Assembly (NCBI GenBank): GCA_965226055.1
Contig: CBDDCA010000005.1
Coordinates: forward strand, 192,001 to 256,000
Origin: Spirochaetia bacterium
GTDB taxonomy: Bacteria; Spirochaetota; Spirochaetia; WTKD01; G963693115
Reading direction: 5' to 3'
Length of the DNA: 64,000 bases
Part shown: piece after piece, positions 52,101 through 60,640 of the stretch
Position numbering within the stretch: position 1 is the stretch's first letter
How the letters are laid out: each line of letters begins with the position of its first letter
The notes under the pieces: generated by a model
What the model was told of the DNA's origin: nothing
The model's input: only the letters and a program-made list of their open reading frames with translations
The model's database searches: none
Program-made: the position numbers and the translations under genes

Positions 52101-53950
52101 GCTTTTATTTGTATTGCTCCTGTTGTGTCTAAGCTAGGCTTGTTTTGAAAAAGATCTTCTGACGGAGCTGTGGGTTGCGGAGTAGTTATGTCTTTTGTCG
52201 CTTGAGTGCTTTTGTTTTCTGAGTAATCAAGCGTGAGTATTGTTATGGTATATGTTTTTCCTTGTGTGAGTTCTTCTACAGAGAGTGCTGTTGTGGGATA
52301 GGCTACTTTTTTCTCATTTACTACTGTGGTGCTTGTGCCTTTTTCTGCTATGCTTATGCTGTATTCTTTTATGTCTTTGTTATTGGCTTTTGTTCCATCG
52401 GGTGCTGTCCATGTTATCTGTGTGCCTATCTTTGTAGGTGATACAAAAGGATAGCTTGCTTGTATGCTTGTCACTGCATCGGGGGCGGTGCCATCATCTA
52501 CTGTAGTGGTGGTTGCTGTTATTTTTGCTCCTTTGTTGCCTGTGTAGTCTTGTGACTGTACTGCTATGCTGTATTCAGTGGTAGCTTTTAGTCCTGTTAT
52601 CTGCGTGTTTCTTAGTGTTCTCTCTGTTATTGTTACTGTCTTTGCAGGGCTGTTCTTTTCTGTTACTGTTATAGTCACTCCTGCATAGTCTCTTACATCG
52701 GGGGCTTGCCAGCCTACTACTATGCTTGTTGCTCCTCCTACTGCACTCACATTGCTTACAGGCTCTGTGCTTTTGTCGGTTGTTGCTTGTTCTTTTGACA
52801 CTGCAGTGGAGTACTTTCCGTTTTGAGAGACATACACTTCTACTTTGTAGGTAAGCGTGCCATAGAGTTTTGTGAGGGCTATGCCATCTTTTGCTACATA
52901 CACAGTGGCGTACTCTTGATTGTCTGCACTTGCAGAGCTGAGTTTGGCTGTACTGCTATTGCTCACTGTTTCGTATGCTATGAGAGTATTTGTTGCTGTT
53001 GCTATCACTCGTACTTGCAGACTTTTTCCTGTACTAAAATCAAAGTTATTCCCCCACTTGATAAGCAGGCTTTCATCGGCTGGGCTATTGCTTTTATCGT
53101 TTGCTGTTACTGTAAGATCTGCCTCTGGCAGTGCGGCTACTGTCTGTGAGAGTGCTGAGGGTACTATGCCTCTGAGTGCTTGCTTTGCCGTGCTTTCGTT
53201 GCCATTGCTATCTCTGTATACTACTGTTACATCATAGCTTATGCCGTCTATAGTAGGAACAGCAATAGTTACTTCTCCTTGTGTTACATCTTGTACTGTT
53301 ACTTCTTTTTTTACATTAGTGGTGCTTTCTATCACCTGTACTATGGCTTCTGCTATGTCTGTTTTGCCTGACGAGAGCAGTGCTTTGTCCCATGTTATCT
53401 TTATACCATTTGTTGCTGATTCTACTGCTACCTTGTTGAAGGTATCTTGAGGTTTCGTTGTATCTGTCAATGTTGTCACAGAGCGGGTTGTTTTTGGTGA
53501 TACTTCTGTATCTGAGCCTGAGTTTGACTTCTGGGCTTCTATCTCTACAGTATAATCGGTAGTAGCGTGCAAGCCTCTGAGTACATAGGGTCTGTTTTGT
53601 TGAAACAATGTACGATATTCTATTGCAGGAACACGCACTTCTATTGATTGTGCTGGTGTCGTTGATGTAGCTTTTACAACTACATGCGTAGCATCGCTTG
53701 GAGCTTCCCAGCGTAACGAGAGCGTCCCATCGTTGCCTGCTGCTTGTATCTGCACATTGGACACTGATGCGAGTGTCGGGGTTACTGGCGTTCCCCCTCC
53801 GCCTGAGGAACTACTGCTACTCTCTGCACATCCTACGAGTACGAGGGTAGTTATTGCTAGCACTAACACAAGCGCAACTAGAGTTATGCTATACTTACTT
53901 TGTAGCTTACCATTTATCTGATAGTTTAGTTTTTCATTACTTTTTTTCAT
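49151..53950 (-). CDS. large surface lipoprotein L2 (Fn3/Ig-like stalk + six DUF285/BspA-type repeats)
   Basis: 1599-aa ORF, AAGGAG RBS, LVLVGC lipobox; close paralog of L1 and L3. Confidence 0.92.
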   Translation of the reverse strand: MKKSNEKLNYQINGKLQSKYSITLVALVLVLAITTLVLVGCAESSSSSSGGGGTPVTPTLASVSNVQIQAAGNDGTLSLRWEAPSDATHVVVKATSTTPAQSIEVRVPAIEYRTLFQQNRPYVLRGLHATTDYTVEIEAQKSNSGSDTEVSPKTTRSVTTLTDTTKPQDTFNKVAVESATNGIKITWDKALLSSGKTDIAEAIVQVIESTTNVKKEVTVQDVTQGEVTIAVPTIDGISYDVTVVYRDSNGNESTAKQALRGIVPSALSQTVAALPEADLTVTANDKSNSPADESLLIKWGNNFDFSTGKSLQVRVIATATNTLIAYETVSNSSTAKLSSASADNQEYATVYVAKDGIALTKLYGTLTYKVEVYVSQNGKYSTAVSKEQATTDKSTEPVSNVSAVGGATSIVVGWQAPDVRDYAGVTITVTEKNSPAKTVTITERTLRNTQITGLKATTEYSIAVQSQDYTGNKGAKITATTTTVDDGTAPDAVTSIQASYPFVSPTKIGTQITWTAPDGTKANNKDIKEYSISIAEKGTSTTVVNEKKVAYPTTALSVEELTQGKTYTITILTLDYSENKSTQATKDITTPQPTAPSEDLFQNKPSLDTTGAIQIKASFKQAPGIGSYYTLRMYDGATLVAEKSITGSVTAITFGIADGLEVPKVQANAKNYRFTFLTIANNIVSPVTTLADTVAVYDSTSTAPPAPKDAKLSVESVTQITATAVYTFSAGDITNDNKAPSGSKLTQAQIQYKVYIAEGDHSTKTLEAIKGLAGVQTQNIAGDSTLQVRFIGTKGADYTAGVEAINSLNPSYSIGASATIKKATLTAPPNTPKSTTYTNSNAVVFAVPSTGSNRGKKVITVQVNASAIAGVSKANGNALEATDLAYYVLYLKKEDTTGKPASVSALWATEKSSVKVAKYTKATGTTQATISIAIVDSTSGSNAGATPIETAKDYYIGVRIVNTTSPNYDATNSDKLFPAGFYTDVTEIKEIYTSKAVAPNQSLLTGKLVVSPSTNTAGTIKLVLTELSTFTGAKDYDGTNITASNQLAYTVYGLQKDTDPTVAEVLAGRKIDIGSVSSGVYTVPALASLGLSADTAPVVAIKGATKYYFVVEVAVKTDTSKKAVSTVASVTTASQATAPAEVSTIQTRVAQTGMRVSWTAPSLSASHKTNKGATLTTAQVSYKVYSIAKSGDTTRSVAQIKANANTATKNIAAGTTNTTLTGLTNGTTYEIVVQAVNSTDPAKVSAGERHEFEASAISIGNTSIVSATVGTALASNTTRVLTSTPSGNAFTCDATILEADAKKIKDETGLAVSFNQSSKTVTITGIANKSNIRDPNITEYSYDVAQCTITASKKKVPATIVIRTDIRTAPSGKAEAYYRPTTKSALQTIISEEKTRQGSGGNSNPSPNLNMIDTSAITDMSELFRKDSTFNGDITQWNTSNVMNMSSMFWGASVFNQNIGNWDTGKVTGMAGMFIETDDFNQNIGNWNVSKVTHMDSMFDEASAFNQNIGNWNVSKVTSMFSMFNKASVFNQNIGSWNVSKVVNIINIFRDASVFDQDLSSWKLCSISRLQSRMFTGSAMETKTAQLPKIFRGDPACTS

Positions 53951-54054
53951 AATGTTCTCCTTATAATTATCTATTTATTGTATAATTATATTATACATTA
54001 TACACAAATATCATTATAGCAAAAATACTATTTTTTGTGTTATATCTGAAAATT

Positions 54055-54070
54055 AAAAAAAAAAAAAAAA
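54055..54070 (-). repeat. poly-T16 tract in the L2 upstream region
   Basis: 16 consecutive A on the + strand, ~105-120 nt upstream of the L2 ATG. Confidence 0.8.
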
Positions 54071-54164
54071 TACACTGGATTACACAAAAATGCATAGCAA
54101 AAAGTGATAATAATGCTACAATAGAGATGCTATGAACAAAATTTGATCCCTACTGAAGCCTTTG

Positions 54165-54191
54165 CTGTCGCAATTAGCCCTTGAATCTGCA
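54165..54191 (-). repeat. dispersed repeat end abutting the L3 palindrome
   Basis: Reverse complement TGCAGATTCAAGGGCTAATTGCGACAG matches the 25076 and 30046 copies. Confidence 0.7.
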
Positions 54192-54228
54192 CTATAGCAA
54201 GAAAGGAGTATTTCCTTTCTTGCTATAG
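54192..54228. repeat. 37-bp palindrome (16-5-16) downstream of L3
   Basis: Identical to 49093-49129; 19 bp from the L3 stop. Confidence 0.9.
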
Positions 54229-54247
54229 GTTGTATTGCTACACTATG

Positions 54248-57200
54248 CTATGATGTACATGCTGAACTACCAGCAACCTTTGGATACTGTGCTGTTTTGC
54301 CATCCATAGCTGAATTTTTGAAAATATTGAAAAGTCCTTGTACCCTACACAGTTTCCATGAGGATAAATTTTGATCAAATACAGAAGCATTACGAAACAT
54401 GGCACTAATATTAGTAACATTCCCTACATTCCAATTTCCTATATTTTGATTAAAGGCACTTGCTAAAAGAAACATGGTAGCCATAGTCTTTACACTACTC
54501 ACATCCCAATCTCCTATGTCTTGATTAAAAGCAGTAGCTTCATCAAACATTGAATTCATATTAGTAACCTTGCTTGTACCCCAATCTCCTATGTCTTGAT
54601 TAAAGACAACAGCTTTAAAAAACATAGCCCCCATATCCGTTACGTTACTGGTATTCCACTGTGTTATGTCTCCATTAAAAGTACTATCACTATCAAATAA
54701 ACTATTCATATCAGTAATAGCACTGGTGTCTATCATGTTGAGGTTGGGGCTAGGGTTACTATTCCCTCCTGAACCTTGCCTTGTTTTTTCTTCACTGATA
54801 ATAGTTTGAAGCTGTGCCTTTGTTGTTGGTCTGTAATAGGCTTCTGCTTTTCCTGATGGTGCTGTTCTTAGCTCTGTCTGTATAACAATAGTGGCTGGCA
54901 CTTTTTTCTTTGAAGCGGTAATTGTACATTGCACTACATCATAGCTATACTCAGTAATAGCTGTGTCTCGTATATTGGACTTATTTGCTATGCCTGTTAT
55001 GGTAACTGTTTTGCTATTCTGATTAAACGATACTGCTAGGCCTGTTTCTTTTTTGATTTTCTCTGCATCTACCTCTAGTATGTTTGCATCACAGGTAAAG
55101 GCATTGCCACTGGGTGTGCTTGCTAGTACTCTTGTAGTATTTGATGCTAGTGCTGTACCTACTGTTGCTAATACTATGCTAGTGTTTCCTATAGCTATTC
55201 CTCTTGCTTCAAACTCGTGGCGTTCTCCTGTCGATGCTTTTGTGTCATCGGTACTGTTTACTGCTTGCACCACTATTTCGTAGGTCGTTCCGTTCGTCAA
55301 GTTTGTCAGGGTAGTGTTTGTTGTTCCTGCTGCTACTGTTGTGGGGCTTGAATCTGCTTGTTTTATCGCTGCTACATTTCTTGCACTGCCACTCTTGGCT
55401 ACTTTGTATACTTTGTACGATACTTGTGCAGCTGTTAGGGTAGCTCCTTTATTTGTTTTGTGACTTGCACTGAGGCTGGGAGCTGTCCACGATACTCTCA
55501 TACCTGTCTGGGCTACTCTCGTCTGTATAGTTGATACTTCTGCGGGGGCAGTCGCCTGCGATGCTGTCGTTACACTTGCCACTGTCGATACTGCTTTTTT
55601 ACTTGTGTCTGTTTTTATTGCTACTTCTACCACAAAGTAGTACTTTGTCGCTCCCTTTATTGCTACTACTGGTGCTGTGTCTGATGACAAGCCTAAACTG
55701 GCAAGGGACTGTACTGTGTACACTCCGCTACTTGCACTGCCTAGGTTTATCTTTCTGCCTGCAAGTACTTCTGCTACGGTAGCAGTGCCGTCTTTCTGTA
55801 AGCCGTACACTGTGTATACTAGCTGATTACTTGCTGTTATGTTTGTGCCATCGTAGTCTTTTGCTCCTGTAAATGTGCTTAACTCGGTAAGTACCAGCTT
55901 TATTGTTCCTGTAGTATTTGTTGACTGTGATACTACCAGCTTTCCTGTGAGTAATGACTGGCTGGGTGCTACTGCTTTGGAAGTATAGATTTCCTTTATT
56001 TCTGTTACATCGGTGTAAAAGCCTGCAGGAAAGAGCTTGCTACTATTGGATGCATCGTAATTGGGGGATGTTGTGTTGACTATCCTTACCCCTATGTAGT
56101 AATCCTTTGCTGTTTCTATGGGCGTTACTCCTGCATTGCTTCCACTGGTGCTGTCTACTATTGCTATGGATATTGTGTCTTGAGTTGTTCCTGTTGCTTT
56201 TGTGTATTTTGCTACCTTTACACTGCTTTTCTCTATCGCCCACAGAGCTGATACGCTGGCAGGCTTTCCTGTGGTATCTTCTTTCTTGAGGTATAGCACA
56301 TAGTACGCAAGGTCTGTCGCTTCAAGGGCATTGCCATTTGCTTTGCTCACTCCTGCTATTGCTGAAGCATTGAGTTGTACTGTTATGACTTTTTTCCCTC
56401 TATTGCTTCCTGTTGTAGGCACTGCAAATACTACTGCATTACTGTTAGTGTAGGTGGTGCTTTTTGGGGTATTTGGTGGTGCAGTAAGCGTTGCTTTCTT
56501 TATTGTTGCTGATGTTCCTATGCTATACGATGGATTGAGGCTGTTTATTGCTTCTACTCCTGCGGTATAGTCTGCTCCTTTCGTTCCTATAAATCTTACT
56601 TGTAAGGTACTGTCTCCTGCTATATTCTGTGTTTGTACTCCTGCAAGGCCTTTTATTGCCTCTAGTGTTTTTGTGCTGTGGTCTCCTTCTGCTATGTATA
56701 CTTTGTACTGTATTTGTGCCTGTGTAAGTTTGCTTCCACTGGGTGCTTTGTTATCATTGGTAATGTCTCCTGCACTAAATGTATAGACTGCTGTTGCGGT
56801 TACTTGTGTTACTGACTCTACAGAGAGCTTTGCATCTTTTGCAGCGGGCGGTGCTGTCGAGGTACTATCGTATACTGCCACAGTATCGGAAAGAGTAGTT
56901 ACAGGGCTTACTATGTTATTTGCTATTGTCAAAAAGGTAAAGCGATAATTCTTGGCATTTGCTTGTACCTTAGGTACTTCCAAGCCATCTGCTATCCCAA
57001 AAGTAATGGCTGTTACACTTGCTGTTATGCTTTTTTCTGCTACCAGTGTAGCTCCATCGTACATACGCAGAGTGTAGTAGCTTCCTATGCCTGGAGCTTG
57101 CTTAAAGGTTGCTTTTATCTGTATTGCTCCTGTTGTGTCTAAGCTAGGCTTGTTTTGAAAAAGATCTTCTGACGGAGCTGTGGGTTGCGGAGTAGTTATG

Positions 57201-58945
57201 TCTTTTGTTGCTTGGCTACTTTTGTTTTCTGAGTAATCAAGCGTGAGTATTGTTATGGTGTATGTTTTGCCTTGTGTGAGTTCTTCTACAGAGAGTGCTG
57301 TCGTGGGATAGGGTATTTTCTTCTCGCTCAGTACTGTGGTGCTTGTGCCTTTTTCTGCTATGCTTACGCTGTATTCTTTTATGTCTTTGTTATTGGCTTT
57401 TGTTGTATCGGGGGCTGTCCATGTTATCTGTGTGCCTATCTTTGTAGGTGATACAAAGGGATAGCTTGCTTGTATGCTTGTTACTGCATCGGGGGCGGTG
57501 CCATCATCTACTGTGGTGGTGGTTGCTGTTATTTTTGCTCCTTTGTTGCCTGTGTAATCTTGTGACTGTACTGCTATGCTGTACTCAGTGGTAGCTTTTA
57601 GGCCTGTTATCTGTGTATTGCGTACTGTTCTCTCTGTTATTGTTACTGTCTTTGCTGTTGTTGTTGTGCTGTCTTTTTCCGTTACTGTTATAGTCACTCC
57701 TGCATAGTCTCTTACATCGGGGGCTTGCCAGCCTACTACTATGCTTGTTGCTCCTCCTACTGCACTCACATTGCTTACAGGCTCTGTGCTTTTGTCGGTT
57801 GTTGCTTGTTCTTTTGACACTGCAGTGGAGTACTTTCCGTTTTTAGAAACATACACTTCTACTTTGTAAGTAAGCGTACCATAGAGTTTTGTGAGGGCTA
57901 TGCCGTCCTTTGCTACATACACAGTGGCGTACTCTTGATTGTCTGCACTTGCAGAGCTGAGTTTGGCTGTACTGCTATTGCTCACTGTTTCGTATGCTAT
58001 GAGAGTATTTGTTGCTGTTGCTATCACTCGTACTTGCAGACTTTTTCCTGTACTAAAATCAAAGTTATTCCCCCACTTGATAAGCAGGCTTTCATCGGCT
58101 GGGCTATTGCTTTTATCGTTTGCTGTTACTGTAAGATCTGCCTCTGGCAGTGCGGCTACTGTCTGTGAGAGTGCTGAGGGTACTATGCCTCTGAGTGCTT
58201 GCTTTGCCGTGCTTTCGTTGCCATTGCTATCTCTGTATACTACTGTTACATCATAGCTTATGCCGTCTATAGTAGGAACAGCAATAGTTACTTCTCCTTG
58301 TGTTACATCTTGTACTGTTACTTCTTTTTTTACATTAGTGGTGCTTTCTATCACCTGTACTATGGCTTCTGCTATGTCTGTTTTGCCTGACGAGAGCAGT
58401 GCTTTGTCCCATGTTATCTTTATACCATTTGTTGCTGATTCTACTGCTACCTTGTTGAAGGTATCTTGAGGTTTCGTTGTATCTGTCAATGTTGTCACAG
58501 AGCGGGTTGTTTTTGGTGATACTTCCGTGTCTTTTTGTGCCTCTATCTCTACAGTATAATCGGTAGTGGCATGCAAGCCTCTGAGTACATAGGGTCTGTT
58601 TTGTTGAAACAATGTACGATATTCTATTGCAGGAACACGCACTTCTATTGATTGTGCTGGTGTCGTTGATGTAGCTTTTACAACTACATGCGTAGCATCG
58701 CTTGGAGCTTCCCAGCGTAACGAGAGCGTCCCATCGTTGCCTGCTGCTTGTATCTGCACATTGGACACTGATGCGAGTGTCGGGGTTACTGGTGTTCCTC
58801 CTCCGCCTGAGGAACTACTGCTACTCTCTGCACATCCTACGAGTACGAGGGTAGTCATTGCTAGCACTAAAAATAGTGCAACAACTATAAATATGTTCAG
58901 CTTACCATGTAGCTGATGGTTTAGTTTTTCATTACTTTTTTTCAT
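54248..58945 (-). CDS. large surface lipoprotein L3 (Fn3/Ig-like stalk + five DUF285/BspA-type repeats)
   Basis: 1565-aa ORF, AAGGAG RBS, LVLVGC lipobox; tandem paralog of L2. Confidence 0.92.
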   Translation of the reverse strand: MKKSNEKLNHQLHGKLNIFIVVALFLVLAMTTLVLVGCAESSSSSSGGGGTPVTPTLASVSNVQIQAAGNDGTLSLRWEAPSDATHVVVKATSTTPAQSIEVRVPAIEYRTLFQQNRPYVLRGLHATTDYTVEIEAQKDTEVSPKTTRSVTTLTDTTKPQDTFNKVAVESATNGIKITWDKALLSSGKTDIAEAIVQVIESTTNVKKEVTVQDVTQGEVTIAVPTIDGISYDVTVVYRDSNGNESTAKQALRGIVPSALSQTVAALPEADLTVTANDKSNSPADESLLIKWGNNFDFSTGKSLQVRVIATATNTLIAYETVSNSSTAKLSSASADNQEYATVYVAKDGIALTKLYGTLTYKVEVYVSKNGKYSTAVSKEQATTDKSTEPVSNVSAVGGATSIVVGWQAPDVRDYAGVTITVTEKDSTTTTAKTVTITERTVRNTQITGLKATTEYSIAVQSQDYTGNKGAKITATTTTVDDGTAPDAVTSIQASYPFVSPTKIGTQITWTAPDTTKANNKDIKEYSVSIAEKGTSTTVLSEKKIPYPTTALSVEELTQGKTYTITILTLDYSENKSSQATKDITTPQPTAPSEDLFQNKPSLDTTGAIQIKATFKQAPGIGSYYTLRMYDGATLVAEKSITASVTAITFGIADGLEVPKVQANAKNYRFTFLTIANNIVSPVTTLSDTVAVYDSTSTAPPAAKDAKLSVESVTQVTATAVYTFSAGDITNDNKAPSGSKLTQAQIQYKVYIAEGDHSTKTLEAIKGLAGVQTQNIAGDSTLQVRFIGTKGADYTAGVEAINSLNPSYSIGTSATIKKATLTAPPNTPKSTTYTNSNAVVFAVPTTGSNRGKKVITVQLNASAIAGVSKANGNALEATDLAYYVLYLKKEDTTGKPASVSALWAIEKSSVKVAKYTKATGTTQDTISIAIVDSTSGSNAGVTPIETAKDYYIGVRIVNTTSPNYDASNSSKLFPAGFYTDVTEIKEIYTSKAVAPSQSLLTGKLVVSQSTNTTGTIKLVLTELSTFTGAKDYDGTNITASNQLVYTVYGLQKDGTATVAEVLAGRKINLGSASSGVYTVQSLASLGLSSDTAPVVAIKGATKYYFVVEVAIKTDTSKKAVSTVASVTTASQATAPAEVSTIQTRVAQTGMRVSWTAPSLSASHKTNKGATLTAAQVSYKVYKVAKSGSARNVAAIKQADSSPTTVAAGTTNTTLTNLTNGTTYEIVVQAVNSTDDTKASTGERHEFEARGIAIGNTSIVLATVGTALASNTTRVLASTPSGNAFTCDANILEVDAEKIKKETGLAVSFNQNSKTVTITGIANKSNIRDTAITEYSYDVVQCTITASKKKVPATIVIQTELRTAPSGKAEAYYRPTTKAQLQTIISEEKTRQGSGGNSNPSPNLNMIDTSAITDMNSLFDSDSTFNGDITQWNTSNVTDMGAMFFKAVVFNQDIGDWGTSKVTNMNSMFDEATAFNQDIGDWDVSSVKTMATMFLLASAFNQNIGNWNVGNVTNISAMFRNASVFDQNLSSWKLCRVQGLFNIFKNSAMDGKTAQYPKVAGSSACTS

Positions 58946-59043
58946 AATGTTCTCCTTATAATTATCTATTTATTGTATAATTATATTATACATAATACAC
59001 AAGTCTTATTATATCAAAAATACTATTTTTTGTGTTATATCTT

Positions 59044-59061
59044 AAAAAAAAAAAAAAAAAA
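59044..59061 (-). repeat. poly-T18 tract in the L3 upstream region
   Basis: 18 consecutive A on the + strand at the position equivalent to the L2 tract. Confidence 0.8.
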
Positions 59062-59148
59062 TACACTGGATTACACAAAAATACATAGCAAAAAGTGATA
59101 ATAATGCTACAATAGAGATGCTATGAACAAAAAGGAAAGCACACAAAC

Positions 59149-59208
59149 TGCACGAATTCAAGGAACAAAAAAGAGCAAGGAAAATAAAAATTAGTCCTTG
59201 AATCCGCA
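59149..59208. mobile_element. MITE-like copy of the dispersed repeat with both ends
   Basis: TGCACGAATTCAAGGA...TCCTTGAATCCGCA inverted ends around an A-rich core shared with 25076-25136; non-coding. Confidence 0.45.
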
Positions 59209-59281
59209 AAGATTATTTCTTTAAAACAACTTTTTTTAATTTGTTATATAATAAACATAACTAATTTATTAAGGAGGGTAT

Positions 59282-60634
59282 ATGAAACATTTTTTCATAT
59301 TCAGTAGTATTTTTCTTTTTACTATCAATATTATAGCGTTTGCTGGAGGCTCTAACGAAGCAGATAATGCACAAGAGCTTATTATTGCAACAGTCAATAA
59401 TCCAGATATGGTTACAATGAAAGAACTTACTCCACAGTTTACCGAAAAAACAGGAATTAAAGTTACGTATGTGGTACTACCAGAAAATGAGCTTCGTCAA
59501 AAAGTGACACAAGATGTAGCTATAGGAGGAGGAAATTATGATATTGTAACAATAGGCACCTATGATACTCCCTTTTGGGCAAAAAATGGTTGGATTATAT
59601 CATTAGAGCCATATTTTGATGCTATGTCTGTAGATGAAAAAGCACAATATGATAGAGATGATATATTTAGTGCAGTACAAAGTGCCCTTAGCTCTGCTGA
59701 TGGAGAGTTACATGCACTGCCTTTTAATGCAGAAGGTTCGGTGCTGTTTTACAGAAAAGATCTTTTCGAAGAGGCTGGGCTAGAAATGCCTTATGAACCT
59801 ACATGGCAACAAGTGTATGAGTTTGCTACACAGCTGCACAAACCTGATCAGGGACAATATGGTATAGTACTGAGAGGGCTTCCTGGTTGGGGTCAAAATA
59901 TGGCTCCTTTTGGCACTATCATCAATGCTTTTGGAGCACGTTGGTACGACAACGATTGGAATCCTCAGTTTAATACTCCAGAAATGAAAGCTGCATGGGA
60001 ATTTTATAAAAAGATTATTGTTGATGCAGGAGAACCTGGACCTACCACTGTTGGTTTTACCGAAGCTCTTGCTTTAATGACATCAGGAAAAGGAGCTATG
60101 TGGTATGATGCTACTACCGCTGCAGGGTTTCTTCAAACCCCTGAATCAAAAGTAAAGGGAAAAATTGGGTATGCACTTGCTCCTACCGATAAGAAAAAGA
60201 ACAATACTTGGTTTTGGTCATGGGCACTTGCAATTGAAGCATCTTCAAAAAAGAAAGATGCAGCGTTTCAGTTTCTAACATGGGCAACAAGCAAAGAATA
60301 CATAGCTATGGTAGGCGAAACAAAAGGATGGGTGCAAGTTCCCGGAGGAACCAGAAAATCACTGTACAATAATCAAAAATACCAAGAAGTAGCTGATTTT
60401 GCACAAATAACATTTGACTCTATGGCTGCCGCAGATTTTGATAATCCTTCACTTGATCCTGTACCTTACAAAGGAATTCAATTTGTATCAATACCTGAAT
60501 TTCAAGGAATGGGAGAAAAAGTTGCACAAGAGTTAGCGGCATATCTTACCAACCAAAAAAGTATTGATGAAGTACTACAATCTTCACAGGCAATAGCGCT
60601 TGAAGTTGCAGAAAATGGTGGTTACAAAAAATAA
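59282..60634 (+). CDS. sugar/polyol ABC transporter substrate-binding protein (SmoE-like)
   Basis: IATVNNPDM, LPENELRQKVT.D, LRGLPGWGQNMA, WSWALAI and PY.GIQFVSIPEFQ motifs; AAGGAGG RBS. Confidence 0.88.
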   Translation: MKHFFIFSSIFLFTINIIAFAGGSNEADNAQELIIATVNNPDMVTMKELTPQFTEKTGIKVTYVVLPENELRQKVTQDVAIGGGNYDIVTIGTYDTPFWAKNGWIISLEPYFDAMSVDEKAQYDRDDIFSAVQSALSSADGELHALPFNAEGSVLFYRKDLFEEAGLEMPYEPTWQQVYEFATQLHKPDQGQYGIVLRGLPGWGQNMAPFGTIINAFGARWYDNDWNPQFNTPEMKAAWEFYKKIIVDAGEPGPTTVGFTEALALMTSGKGAMWYDATTAAGFLQTPESKVKGKIGYALAPTDKKKNNTWFWSWALAIEASSKKKDAAFQFLTWATSKEYIAMVGETKGWVQVPGGTRKSLYNNQKYQEVADFAQITFDSMAAADFDNPSLDPVPYKGIQFVSIPEFQGMGEKVAQELAAYLTNQKSIDEVLQSSQAIALEVAENGGYKK

Positions 60635-60640
60635 CAGTAT

